A program made the position numbers and the translations under genes. From a virus, in IMG/VR virus record IMGVR_UViG_3300033153_010326, positions 32,001 to 96,000 of that record: a stretch of DNA of 64,000 bases; one strand, given 5' to 3'. Of this stretch, positions 9,004-17,929 are shown piece by piece (position 1 is the first letter of the stretch; each line of letters opens with the position of its first letter). The notes under the pieces were generated by a model, which was given only the letters and a program-made list of their open reading frames with translations, was not told the origin of the DNA and searched no databases.

Positions 9004-9517
9004 TAAAGAAAAATATTGGTTAGCAGGATTTATTGATGGTGATGGTTGCATAGCTATAAGATTAGGCTATATATCACATAAAAGAAAAAAATTTAAATTA
9101 TATAAAACCTATAGTTATATTAGACCTTCGGTAGAAATAGGAAATACCGATAAAAATGTTATAAAAGAAATTTCTAAATTATTAAATTCTAAATATAGAA
9201 CTATAAAAAGAAAAAGAGGATATAAAAACTTTTATATTATTACATTATCAATTAAAAGCAGTATAGAATTATTAATCATTATTAAAAATTCATTAAAAAT
9301 AAAAAAACCTCAAACAGAACTATGTTTACATTTATATAAAACTTTTAGTAATCATAAAAGAACAATTCAAGGAAGATTTAGAAAATTAGATAAAAGAACT
9401 ATAAAAAAGAGGTTTTATTTATACAAACAATGTAAACTTTTAAATAAAAGAGGTAAACCAATAATAAATAAAAATCAATTATTAAAAAAATTAAGAAAGG
9501 AAGGGTTAATAAAATGA
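8987..9517 (+). mobile_element. free-standing single-motif LAGLIDADG homing endonuclease
   Basis: YWLAGFIDGDGCI; LKIKKPQ. Confidence 0.88.
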
Positions 9518-9903
9518 AGAAACAAAAAATAATCAAAACTTATTTTCCAACTTGTCCTAAAAATTTAAGAAAATATTTTAAAATTTCTTGGATAGATAAA
9601 TCAATAACAGAATTAGAAGATATTTATAAAACAAACAATCGTAAGTTGAATAAACATTGTAAAACTGCTTTACTCTATTATATTCACTATAATTATAAAG
9701 AAATAGAACAATTTGCAATAGAAAGTTATACTTCTCCACTTTTATATTTGGCTTTTAATAAATGTTTAAACCTGCTTGAAAATATAGAATTGTATAGTTA
9801 TTTATTACTTACAGCACTTTTAATTCTCAAAAAAACAGAAACTAGCAAAAAATTTCCAGAATTGAAACTATATTGCGAAAGGAAATTAAATGATAGTATA
9901 TAA
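9514..9903 (+). CDS. hypothetical protein
   Basis: ATGA overlap. Confidence 0.65.
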   Translation: MKKQKIIKTYFPTCPKNLRKYFKISWIDKSITELEDIYKTNNRKLNKHCKTALLYYIHYNYKEIEQFAIESYTSPLLYLAFNKCLNLLENIELYSYLLLTALLILKKTETSKKFPELKLYCERKLNDSI

Positions 9904-10282
9904 ATGGGTACATAAAAAAGGCGATAAATATTATAGCTTAATGAATTTCGGCTTTACTAAACTATCGGAAGAATTTAAAACAAATCAACCTCCTTACGAA
10001 CTTGGAAAGAGTTATAATAATATTCATAAAGAATATAAAAGTTTAATGCTACAATTTAGAAATAAAAAAGGATATATACCACAATATATTAAAAAAGGTT
10101 TTTATTTGTGGATAAATAAAAATACTAAGCCTAATAAAAAACAATTAGATAGAATGAAAATATTAGGAGGAGAGATTAATGCAGTATTAGAATGTTATAT
10201 TTCTATAAATGATATACTTTCTTATGAAAGAGGAAATAACTGTATAAGAGTAAGCAAAATGAAAATAATAAGGGAAATATGA
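9890..10282 (+). CDS. hypothetical protein
   Basis: ORF with RBS; VYK...GFY...KMKIIREI layout. Confidence 0.65.
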   Translation: MIVYKWVHKKGDKYYSLMNFGFTKLSEEFKTNQPPYELGKSYNNIHKEYKSLMLQFRNKKGYIPQYIKKGFYLWINKNTKPNKKQLDRMKILGGEINAVLECYISINDILSYERGNNCIRVSKMKIIREI

Positions 10283-10324
10283 TAAACATAATCCACAGTT
10301 TAGAGTATTAAAAGAGGAATTATT

Positions 10325-11152
10325 ATGATACAGAAATATAAAGAATGGTTAGAAACTATACAAAGACTATCTCCTAATACTATTCAATCGTATTTAGGTA
10401 GAGTTGGGATTTTATCTAAGTATATAAACTTAAATGAATTAAATGAGGAAAATATTAATCAATTTTTGATTAGTTATACTAAAAATAAATCTAAAAGTAC
10501 TTTCAATGGTTACATTAATACTATAGCTTCTTTACTAAAATTTCTAAAAAAAGATATTAAATTAAATCAACAAGTAATTATTAAAGAACATACTCCTAAC
10601 TACATTACTGAAAAAGAATTTTTAGAAAGGTTAATACCAGTTGTGGAATATTATTGCGAAAGTAATGCTTTACAAATGAAAAGTTTATTATATTTTATGT
10701 TCTATACAGGGGCTAGATTATCCGATATAAACTATCTTTTAAGACAAGACATTGACTTTAAAAATAAATATGTAACCTTTAGAAGTGGAAAAGGAGATAA
10801 GGATAGAGATGTTCCTTTATTAGATTGTGTTATAGAATTATTACAAAAATATTTTAATGTAGAAATAGAAGAAATCAATGCTTTTAATGTTAAAGCAAAC
10901 ACTTTAAGAAAAAGGTTAATTAGTATTAGAGAAATATTGGGAGATTTAAAATTTACTGCCCATACCTTAAGACATTCTTATGCTATGTGGTATCTTAACG
11001 AATTTAGGGGTAATATTAGAAACTTACAATTAAATATGGGGCATAATGATATTAAAACTACTATGAAATATTTAAACATAAAAAATAAAGATAGGATAGA
11101 GGGTTTTAAAACTAAAGAAAAAGAATGGAAGAAAAGAACAAAAAGAAGATAA
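10325..11152 (+). CDS. tyrosine recombinase, XerC/D-like
   Basis: LSPNTIQSY, YTGARLSD (R), GKGDKDR (K), HTLRHSYA (HxxR), MGHNDIKTTMKY (H,Y). Confidence 0.93.
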   Translation: MIQKYKEWLETIQRLSPNTIQSYLGRVGILSKYINLNELNEENINQFLISYTKNKSKSTFNGYINTIASLLKFLKKDIKLNQQVIIKEHTPNYITEKEFLERLIPVVEYYCESNALQMKSLLYFMFYTGARLSDINYLLRQDIDFKNKYVTFRSGKGDKDRDVPLLDCVIELLQKYFNVEIEEINAFNVKANTLRKRLISIREILGDLKFTAHTLRHSYAMWYLNEFRGNIRNLQLNMGHNDIKTTMKYLNIKNKDRIEGFKTKEKEWKKRTKRR

Positions 11153-11487
11153 AAATGAAAAAATATGATGTATATTGTCCTTTTTGTCAAAATCTTTTAA
11201 AAAATTGTGAAAATTATGTTAAATGTAATAATTGTAAAACTAAAATTAAAATAATTTATACTATAATCCCTTGTAAAAATTGTAATAAACAAAAATTTAT
11301 AAGTTATATTCAAAAAAACGATAAAGCAACTTATTGTAATAATTGTGGACATATGATAAAACAATCTAAATTAGTTGCTCAAAATATTTTAGAAGAAAGA
11401 TTAAAATTTAAAACTACTATACCTAAAGATTATTGGACAGATATACAAATAGACTTATATAAAATAGGAAAAGGAGAAAAAATATGA
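11125..11487 (+). CDS. multi-CxxC zinc-ribbon protein
   Basis: four CxxC pairs. Confidence 0.6.
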   Translation: MEEKNKKKIKMKKYDVYCPFCQNLLKNCENYVKCNNCKTKIKIIYTIIPCKNCNKQKFISYIQKNDKATYCNNCGHMIKQSKLVAQNILEERLKFKTTIPKDYWTDIQIDLYKIGKGEKI

Positions 11488-11759
11488 TATATACTAAACA
11501 ATCTATATGGACAACTTGTGATGGAAGAAGAATACCTTATGATAAATTAGAAGATACTCATTTAGCAAATATAATAGATTTTATAGAAAAAAGTAAATGT
11601 CCGACATTTGAAATTTTAACAATATTAAAAAACATTGCTAAAGAAAGAGGGTTAAAAAAAGAATTTTTAGAAAGGTCTCAAATTCCTTATAAAAATAAAT
11701 ATAATAAATGGGAAATATATAACTTTAAAAATCATACTTTCCAAAAAATAGAAAAATAA
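11484..11759 (+). CDS. hypothetical protein
   Basis: WTTCDGRRI...LEDTHLANII motif; ATGA overlap. Confidence 0.7.
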   Translation: MIYTKQSIWTTCDGRRIPYDKLEDTHLANIIDFIEKSKCPTFEILTILKNIAKERGLKKEFLERSQIPYKNKYNKWEIYNFKNHTFQKIEK

Positions 11760-12171
11760 AAAAGGAATAAAATATGAAAGAAAGAATGAAGCTATTAAAA
11801 AAATTAGATAAACTCCGGAAACAATTAGATATTGTTGTTAATGGAGACCAATATTGTAATGAATATAAATTAGAAGAAAGAATAAAAGAATTAGAAAATA
11901 GATTAAAAATAAAAAATATTTAACTCCTTTAATATAAAGAAGTTATATAAAATCTAATATAAACTCCTATTATAAATATATATAGTAATCAATAATTAAG
12001 ATTAATTAAGACTAATATATCTTTTTATTATTTATATAACTATATAAATAGAACTTACTTAATTGCTCAATAAGAATATATTATTGATAAAAGAAGGTGC
12101 ATATATCGGCTACCTTTTGATTTTCTTAACAAATTAATAAGAAAAAAGGTAGTTATATTGTACCATTTTAC

Positions 12172-12201
12172 TTGCACTTGAACTAGATTGTATGGTATAC
12201 T
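12172..12201 (+). promoter_or_regulatory. sigma70-type promoter
   Basis: TTGCAC-N18-TATACT with GTATGG; same architecture as 20502. Confidence 0.7.
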
Positions 12202-12458
12202 TATAGTGAGTAAATTTATTGAAAGGAAAATTTATAATGGTGCATTTAAAAAAAGTAGGGAAATTATTTCAATTAAGTTTTTTTAGAGGAGGAACGGAAT
12301 TAGTTTACGATATGAATTGGAAAGAGATGGTAGTATTATTTTGTTTAGTTTCTTCAATAATGTGTAAATTTGTAAAGTCAAAGAAAAAATAAGAAGTATG
12401 GGCGTTGACTGTGTCGATAGCTCCTCTGCTTCTTAACTAATAAAAATAAGGAAATAAT

Positions 12459-12671
12459 ATGGGAGCATTAATAACAATTACAAAGGTTGAACTAAAAAAT
12501 GATAAAGCTAAAGTTACTTTTGAATATAATAATGATTTAAAAGATACTATTTGTAATTACTATGGAGTTAAGAGAGCTACTAAGGCTAAGATTAGAGATT
12601 TCTTCCTTCAAGCGGTGATGGAGGGAGTTATGAAACACAAGAGAAGGGGATTAGGTAGAGATAATGAATAA
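12459..12671 (+). CDS. hypothetical protein
   Basis: RBS; operon context. Confidence 0.65.
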   Translation: MGALITITKVELKNDKAKVTFEYNNDLKDTICNYYGVKRATKAKIRDFFLQAVMEGVMKHKRRGLGRDNE

Positions 12672-12918
12672 GAAAATAAGGGAGATATTAAAAGGATATA
12701 AATTAGGAGAACATGACAGAAGAAGCGGTTTACGCTTTGAACTTTATGATACTGACCAAGCTCTTTTCGTCATAGAACAAGAGATTAAGAGATGTATGGG
12801 GGAAGATATACCAAGTGTGTATGATATAAAAACAGGCAAAAAGCACATTGAGCAATATAATGAAGGATATAGTCATAGAGCCAAAAACTTTTGGGAGGCG
12901 TGGAGAGGAAAGAAATGA
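12664..12918 (+). CDS. hypothetical protein
   Basis: overlapping start/stop. Confidence 0.6.
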   Translation: MNKKIREILKGYKLGEHDRRSGLRFELYDTDQALFVIEQEIKRCMGEDIPSVYDIKTGKKHIEQYNEGYSHRAKNFWEAWRGKK

Positions 12919-13151
12919 AATATATAATTATATTAATAATGATGATGGCTTTTATATTTCCTATGAAAGAAGTTAAACCTTCTTCTAATATTGAAACTAT
13001 TGTAGATAAAATGGAACAATGGCAAAGAGATAATTTAGAAAAGAAAGCGGAAAGATTAGATAGGATTAGGCAAATTATTAATATAAGAGATAGAGTAGAA
13101 GGTAAAATAAAGAAACCTAAAAAGCCCAAGAAGCCTAAAAAGGAGAAATAA
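12915..13151 (+). CDS. small signal-peptide/membrane protein
   Basis: MKYIIILIMMMAFIFP N-terminus, KKP repeats at the C-terminus. Confidence 0.55.
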   Translation: MKYIIILIMMMAFIFPMKEVKPSSNIETIVDKMEQWQRDNLEKKAERLDRIRQIINIRDRVEGKIKKPKKPKKPKKEK

Positions 13152-13320
13152 AGTGAAAGTTATTAATTTGATAAAAAATAATGAAAAAATAAATTTATGG
13201 GAATTTAGCAGGTAATATGAAAGTAATATTAATTGTGGGAGATAAAATTGAGGAATATAAAAAGAAAGTAGGATTTTGGACAGAAACTCATTATAGAAAA
13301 ATAGATTATAAGAGGAAGAA

Positions 13321-13563
13321 ATGAAAGATAAAGATATAAAATTATTCTCAAAAGCGATACATAACGCAAAAAAAGTTATACAAGATATAGAAACAGAAAG
13401 ACAAAAAGCACATGAAAAATTAAATAAATCAATACATACTATAAAACAAGTTCGTAATTCTCATGATAAAAAAATGAAAAAATTAACAGAAGAAGTTAAA
13501 GAAATATTAGATGAAGTTTATGAATTGTTTGAAGATTTGTATGAAGAAAAAACAGGAGAATAA
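13321..13563 (+). CDS. hypothetical coiled-coil protein
   Basis: ORF track. Confidence 0.6.
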   Translation: MKDKDIKLFSKAIHNAKKVIQDIETERQKAHEKLNKSIHTIKQVRNSHDKKMKKLTEEVKEILDEVYELFEDLYEEKTGE

Positions 13564-13810
13564 AATGGATAATGATTTTGTTTTAATTAGACTTGAAAGA
13601 TTAGCAAAAAAAATATCAACTTTAGAGGGAACTCTTTTAACTACATCTAATATGTTAGAAGATAAGGATAACAAAGATTCTGTTTATTATGCAAAAGAAA
13701 ATATAGAAGGAGTTGCAGAATTTTTAAATGATATAAGAAATGACGTAGATTTATTGTGCGAACAAATTAATAAAAAAGAAACAGGATTAGATTTGGAAAA
13801 TCCATTTTAA
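13511..13810 (+). CDS. hypothetical coiled-coil protein (real start probably MDNDF)
   Basis: AGGAG RBS before internal ATG. Confidence 0.6.
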   Translation: MKFMNCLKICMKKKQENKMDNDFVLIRLERLAKKISTLEGTLLTTSNMLEDKDNKDSVYYAKENIEGVAEFLNDIRNDVDLLCEQINKKETGLDLENPF

Positions 13811-13825
13811 AGGAGAAAACTAAAT

Positions 13826-14194
13826 ATGCCTTATATCTCAGCGAAAAATGATAGAAGAAAGAAATTAAGACATGGAGAACCTGCTTTAAATGCAGGAGAG
13901 TTAAATTATCAAATTTTCTATTATATTAAACATTATGATTGGAGAAAACATCACCAAATTGATTATACAATGATACAAACTATACATAAATTTGTTAATA
14001 AATTTTTAGGAAAAAATCCTAATTACCAGAGGTGGAATGATATGACAGGTTGTTTGATAAGATGTTATAAAGAAATTAAAAGAAGGTTGAATATAAATGT
14101 TAAGGAGATATTGATAGAGATTATGGAAGATTATGATAATGAAATTGCAAGATACGAAGATACTAAAATTATTTCTAATTCGGATGTAGAGTAG
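13826..14194 (+). CDS. conserved phage protein (MPYI...GELNY family, DUF6899-like)
   Basis: MPYI, AGELNY, RR...YEDTKI...DV motifs. Confidence 0.65.
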   Translation: MPYISAKNDRRKKLRHGEPALNAGELNYQIFYYIKHYDWRKHHQIDYTMIQTIHKFVNKFLGKNPNYQRWNDMTGCLIRCYKEIKRRLNINVKEILIEIMEDYDNEIARYEDTKIISNSDVE

Positions 14195-14202
14195 GAGATA
14201 AT

Positions 14203-14466
14203 ATGAAACTATTAGCTACTAAAAAAATGAAACAATTATTAAGAAAAGGAAAATATTTAGCAAAAAAAGATAAACTTAAAGTAACTAGTCCAGATTATAT
14301 GTATATGCTTATAAATGATACTCTTAAAAACGGATGGCATTATAATGTGGATTTATCTTATTCTGGAATACATGTATATGCTTTTAAACCTCCTTTGGAT
14401 TTTAGGGCTAGACCAGCAGATTATTATTTAGCAAGTAAATTTAAAAAACGAAAAGGAGGTGGTTAA
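14203..14466 (+). CDS. hypothetical protein
   Basis: AGGAG RBS. Confidence 0.6.
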   Translation: MKLLATKKMKQLLRKGKYLAKKDKLKVTSPDYMYMLINDTLKNGWHYNVDLSYSGIHVYAFKPPLDFRARPADYYLASKFKKRKGGG

Positions 14467-14467
14467 T

Positions 14468-15144
14468 ATGATAGGTAAGATAATTAGAATCTTAAAATTC
14501 AAATTATTCTATACCTATCTTTGAAGCTAGCAGGAGCGATTGAGTTTGATACCAAAGATGGTGGTCAAACTTGGAGGAATAGTATAACTATTCCTTTAGA
14601 TGAAATGGGAATTTATGTTGGAGACCCTGTAAAGACTGAACCTGTTGCTACTGGTATGGATGTTATGGAAGCTCAAAATAAATTTAATGGGTGGATTCAA
14701 TCAGGTAATTATGATATATTTGAAAAGATGTTTACAAGAATTGTTCAAAAAGATATTAGATTAGTTAATAGAGCAGATTTTTTGATTGTTCATTTATTTC
14801 CTGATATACCTACTACTGGAACTATTCACGAAATGGCTTTAGCGTGGATGCAAAAGAAACCTATATATTTAATATGGAAAGATGCTAAGAGCAAATTATC
14901 AAAGTGGGCATTATATTTAGTTATTTCTTCAGGAGGGCGATTATTTGATAGTGAAAATAAACTTACAGAGTTTATAAGGGTAAAATATAATCTTAAAAAT
15001 CAAAGTTTTAGAGTTCAATTTATTCAAATTATAAAAGCCATAAGTAGACTTATAGAGGAAAATTTATATAATTTAAAAACGAATAGTAATGGTAATCAAG
15101 AAAAAATTAAACAGGACTTAGAAAAGAAAGAGGAGAAGAAATAA
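14468..15144 (+). CDS. nucleoside 2-deoxyribosyltransferase / nucleotide N-hydrolase-like protein, interrupted by 8 nt after codon 17-18
   Basis: LAGAIEF...WR...DP...DIRLVNRADFLIV...TTGTIHEMALAW...KPIY; strong RBS at ATG 14468 reads ...FYTYL* and the main ORF resumes as LAG in another frame. Confidence 0.75.
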
Positions 15145-15860
15145 TGAGGCGATTTAAAGGAGGAGCTACCAGAAATAATGATGAAAATAAAAATGATTAT
15201 GATGGTTTTTTATCTTCCATGGTATTAAACAAATATGACCAATTTTTAGAAAGAGAAAATCAAATTGCATGGGCTTCTGGTTTGTTTGAAGGAGAGGGTT
15301 GTGTTTTTAAAGCTACTACAAAAAACAAACATGCTCGTTTAGAAATTAAATTAACAGATGAAGATGTATTACAAAGATTTTTAAAAATTGTTGGATATGG
15401 AAAAATATATGGGTCTTATTGGGCTAAAAAAAGTACAAAACCTTATTGGTCATGGCAATGCAACAAAGACCAAGAAACTATAGAAGTATTAAAATTACTT
15501 TATCCTTATTTAGGAACAAGAAGAAAAAATAGAGTAAAAGAAATTTGTTCTATAGAAAGACTTGCTGAAATAAATGCAATGCCTCCTTTAGTTATAAAAG
15601 CTTTTGGTGATTATATGACTAAACATAGAAAACAAGCAGATGGAAAGTTAAGACCAAGTGATAATTGGAAAAAAGGCATACCTCAAGAAGCTTATTTCCA
15701 ATCAGCATGGAGACATTTTTTAGATGTATATTTGCATCATAAAGGATATAATGATAAAACTACAGAAAATCTAGAAGATTCTCTTTGTGCATTGATTTTT
15801 AATATAATGGGATATTTGCATGAATTATTGAAAAATAAATTATTGAAGGATAAAAAATAA
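15144..15860 (+). CDS. dATP/dGTP diphosphohydrolase-like (DUF5664-type) protein with in-frame LAGLIDADG insertion
   Basis: FKGGATR...DYDGFLS / PLVIKAFGDYMTKHRKQADGKLRPSDNWKKGIP...SAWRH...CALIFN, split by a domain with AWASGLFEGEGC. Confidence 0.8.
   Translation: MRRFKGGATRNNDENKNDYDGFLSSMVLNKYDQFLERENQIAWASGLFEGEGCVFKATTKNKHARLEIKLTDEDVLQRFLKIVGYGKIYGSYWAKKSTKPYWSWQCNKDQETIEVLKLLYPYLGTRRKNRVKEICSIERLAEINAMPPLVIKAFGDYMTKHRKQADGKLRPSDNWKKGIPQEAYFQSAWRHFLDVYLHHKGYNDKTTENLEDSLCALIFNIMGYLHELLKNKLLKDKK
15216..15584 (+). mobile_element. in-frame LAGLIDADG endonuclease domain without intein/intron features
   Basis: IAWASGLFEGEGCV...TDEDVLQRF...GKIY...KPYWSW...LYPYLGTRRK; no HINT blocks, no terminal HN. 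Confidence 0.78.
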
Positions 15861-16132
15861 AATGATAAATCTATCTTATGAAAAACAAATAAATATGCTT
15901 GTTAAAGATGTTGTAAAATGGATGAGATTAACATTTGTTATGTTTGTAGTAGGTTTATTTTTAGGAGTAATATTATTTTAATAGGAGGAAGAGATGTTAG
16001 GTTATGAATGTCCTAAATGTGGTACTGTAAAATTCCCTGATGGAAAAGGATGTCAATGTGGGGAGAGTTATGGTGCTTTAAAAGTAATTCGATTAAAAAA
16101 TACATTGAAACCAAAAAAAGACAGAGAATATT

Positions 16133-16390
16133 ATGGAGAAAGAGATTATGACTAAAAAAGAACAATTAATAATTCAATATATATTATATGCAATGGAATA
16201 TATGAAAGAAGCAAGTAAATTATGTACTAAATTACCTGAGAAAGAAATTAAGTACTTACTTGAAGATTATTTATATATTATAGGAAAATCAACTCAGGAA
16301 TTAGGAATAGGGTTGGCAACTTTAGGAACTGATATTTCTAATTCTGGATTTGAAAAATTGATGAAAAAACTAATGAGGAAACGTAAATGA
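16133..16390 (+). CDS. hypothetical protein
   Basis: ORF track, ATGA overlap with next gene. Confidence 0.6.
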   Translation: MEKEIMTKKEQLIIQYILYAMEYMKEASKLCTKLPEKEIKYLLEDYLYIIGKSTQELGIGLATLGTDISNSGFEKLMKKLMRKRK

Positions 16391-16602
16391 GAATAATTGT
16401 AAAACAAGTAAATAATAAAGATAGACAAATGGAGGAATTAGAAAAAGCTCTTAAAAAGCTTAAAAAGAAGCTTGATAAGGAGGGAGTATTTAAACTTTTA
16501 AGACAGAGGAAATATTTTAGTAAACCTAGTGAAATAAGACATATGAAATTAATGAAAATATTACATGACCAGAAAAAAAGGAAAAGACGTGGAAAGAAAT
16601 AA
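16387..16602 (+). CDS. rpsU: 30S ribosomal protein bS21 homolog
   Basis: LEKALKKLKKKLDKEGVFKLLRQRKYFSKPSEIR matches the bS21 signature. Confidence 0.88.
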   Translation: MRIIVKQVNNKDRQMEELEKALKKLKKKLDKEGVFKLLRQRKYFSKPSEIRHMKLMKILHDQKKRKRRGKK

Positions 16603-17428
16603 AGTTATTATAGTTGACTATTCTATATTTATGTTTAGGGCTATATTTGCAGGGAGAAAAAATAAACAAATGACACCTACTTATAATTGTGTTAATATGA
16701 TAGTCTCATGTTTAAGAAAAATAGGAGTAGAACCTACAGATAAAATTATACTTGCTTGTGATTATGGAAGGTCATGGAGAAAAGAACTTTCTAAAGAATA
16801 TAAAGCTGATAGAGAGAAAAAAAGAAAACAATATAAAGATATTGATTGGGATAAAAGATTCAAAGAATTTAATCAGTTAATAGAAGATTTAGATAAAAGT
16901 ACAAGTTGGTTAGTGGTAAAAGAATGGAGTTTTGAATTTGATGATTTTGCGAGTGTTGCTCCAAGATATTTTAAAAATAATGAGATTATCATTATTTCTT
17001 ATGATAAGGATATGGAGCAACTTTGTAGTTATCCTAATGTAAAATTGTTTTCTCCTTTGATAAAATACAAAGGAAAAAAAGGAGCTTATAAATTAGTTGA
17101 AGACCCTTATAAAGTATTAGCTGATAAAATTGAAAAAGAAGCTTCTGATAATTTAAAAAGTAAAATTGTTACGACTAAAGACTATGAATTAAGAGAAACT
17201 TTAGTTTCATTATTAAAACTACCAAGACATATTGAAGAAAAGATTGTAGAAATTTATTCTAATTTAAAAGAAAAACAATATATAGATAAAGATAGAATTC
17301 CATTTAAAAAAGATTTAAAAAAAAGAATTATTAATTTATATAATGATAAAAAGAATATTGTAGATTATGAGGAATGTATTGAATATATTGCTAAAAAAAG
17401 AAAAGGAAAAAAGAAATGCAAAAAATAA
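16565..17428 (+). CDS. 5'-3' exonuclease / T4 RNase H-like (FEN/PIN fold)
   Basis: IIVDYS, LACD..SWRKE...YKADR, FEFDD, ISYDKDMEQL, SDN. Confidence 0.88.
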   Translation: MTRKKGKDVERNKVIIVDYSIFMFRAIFAGRKNKQMTPTYNCVNMIVSCLRKIGVEPTDKIILACDYGRSWRKELSKEYKADREKKRKQYKDIDWDKRFKEFNQLIEDLDKSTSWLVVKEWSFEFDDFASVAPRYFKNNEIIIISYDKDMEQLCSYPNVKLFSPLIKYKGKKGAYKLVEDPYKVLADKIEKEASDNLKSKIVTTKDYELRETLVSLLKLPRHIEEKIVEIYSNLKEKQYIDKDRIPFKKDLKKRIINLYNDKKNIVDYEECIEYIAKKRKGKKKCKK

Positions 17429-17572
17429 AAGTATATATTAATAAGAATGGAAGAAGACAATTGACAAAAGCAATATTAATAAAAGAAAATAAGAAAACTG
17501 TAATTGTAAAATTAAAAGGTGGAAATATTATTAAACGAAATAAAGTAAAAGATTTAATTAAGGAGGAAAATA

Positions 17573-17929
17573 ATGGATAATAAAGTAGGAAAGAATTATC
17601 AGAAACAAAAAGTAGTAGAAATACCAGAACATTATTTAGATTTAATTGAAGACGAATACAAACATCAAAATAAATTATTAGATAAAATGTTAAATGTTTC
17701 TATGAAAATTGCAAGATTTGAAGAAGAATTGGAATCAGATAAAAAGACCCAAAAACAGGTTAGAAATGAAATATTAAAGATTACTCAATCTAAAAAACGA
17801 ATTTTAAGTAAAATTCATAAGAAATTGGGATTAGATAAAGAGAAACAATATCGTTGGGAATTTACAGGTACATCTTTTATAGGTACGTTGGATTCTAAAA
17901 CAAAAGAAAATAAGAAGGAGGAAAAGTAA
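17573..17929 (+). CDS. hypothetical coiled-coil protein
   Basis: AGGAGG RBS. Confidence 0.65.
   Translation: MDNKVGKNYQKQKVVEIPEHYLDLIEDEYKHQNKLLDKMLNVSMKIARFEEELESDKKTQKQVRNEILKITQSKKRILSKIHKKLGLDKEKQYRWEFTGTSFIGTLDSKTKENKKEEK

Noticed and set aside
10281-10310. dif-like site or DnaA box upstream of the recombinase
   Set aside because: Only one arm resembles a Xer site, and the DnaA-like 9-mer is single and mismatched
14519-14525. prfB-type +1 frameshift at CTT TGA
   Set aside because: The downstream ORF is in the -1/+2 frame, so +1 slippage would not reach it
15216-15584. Intein or group I intron in the DUF5664-like gene
   Set aside because: No HINT motifs, the junction AM/P cannot splice, and the insert is fully coding
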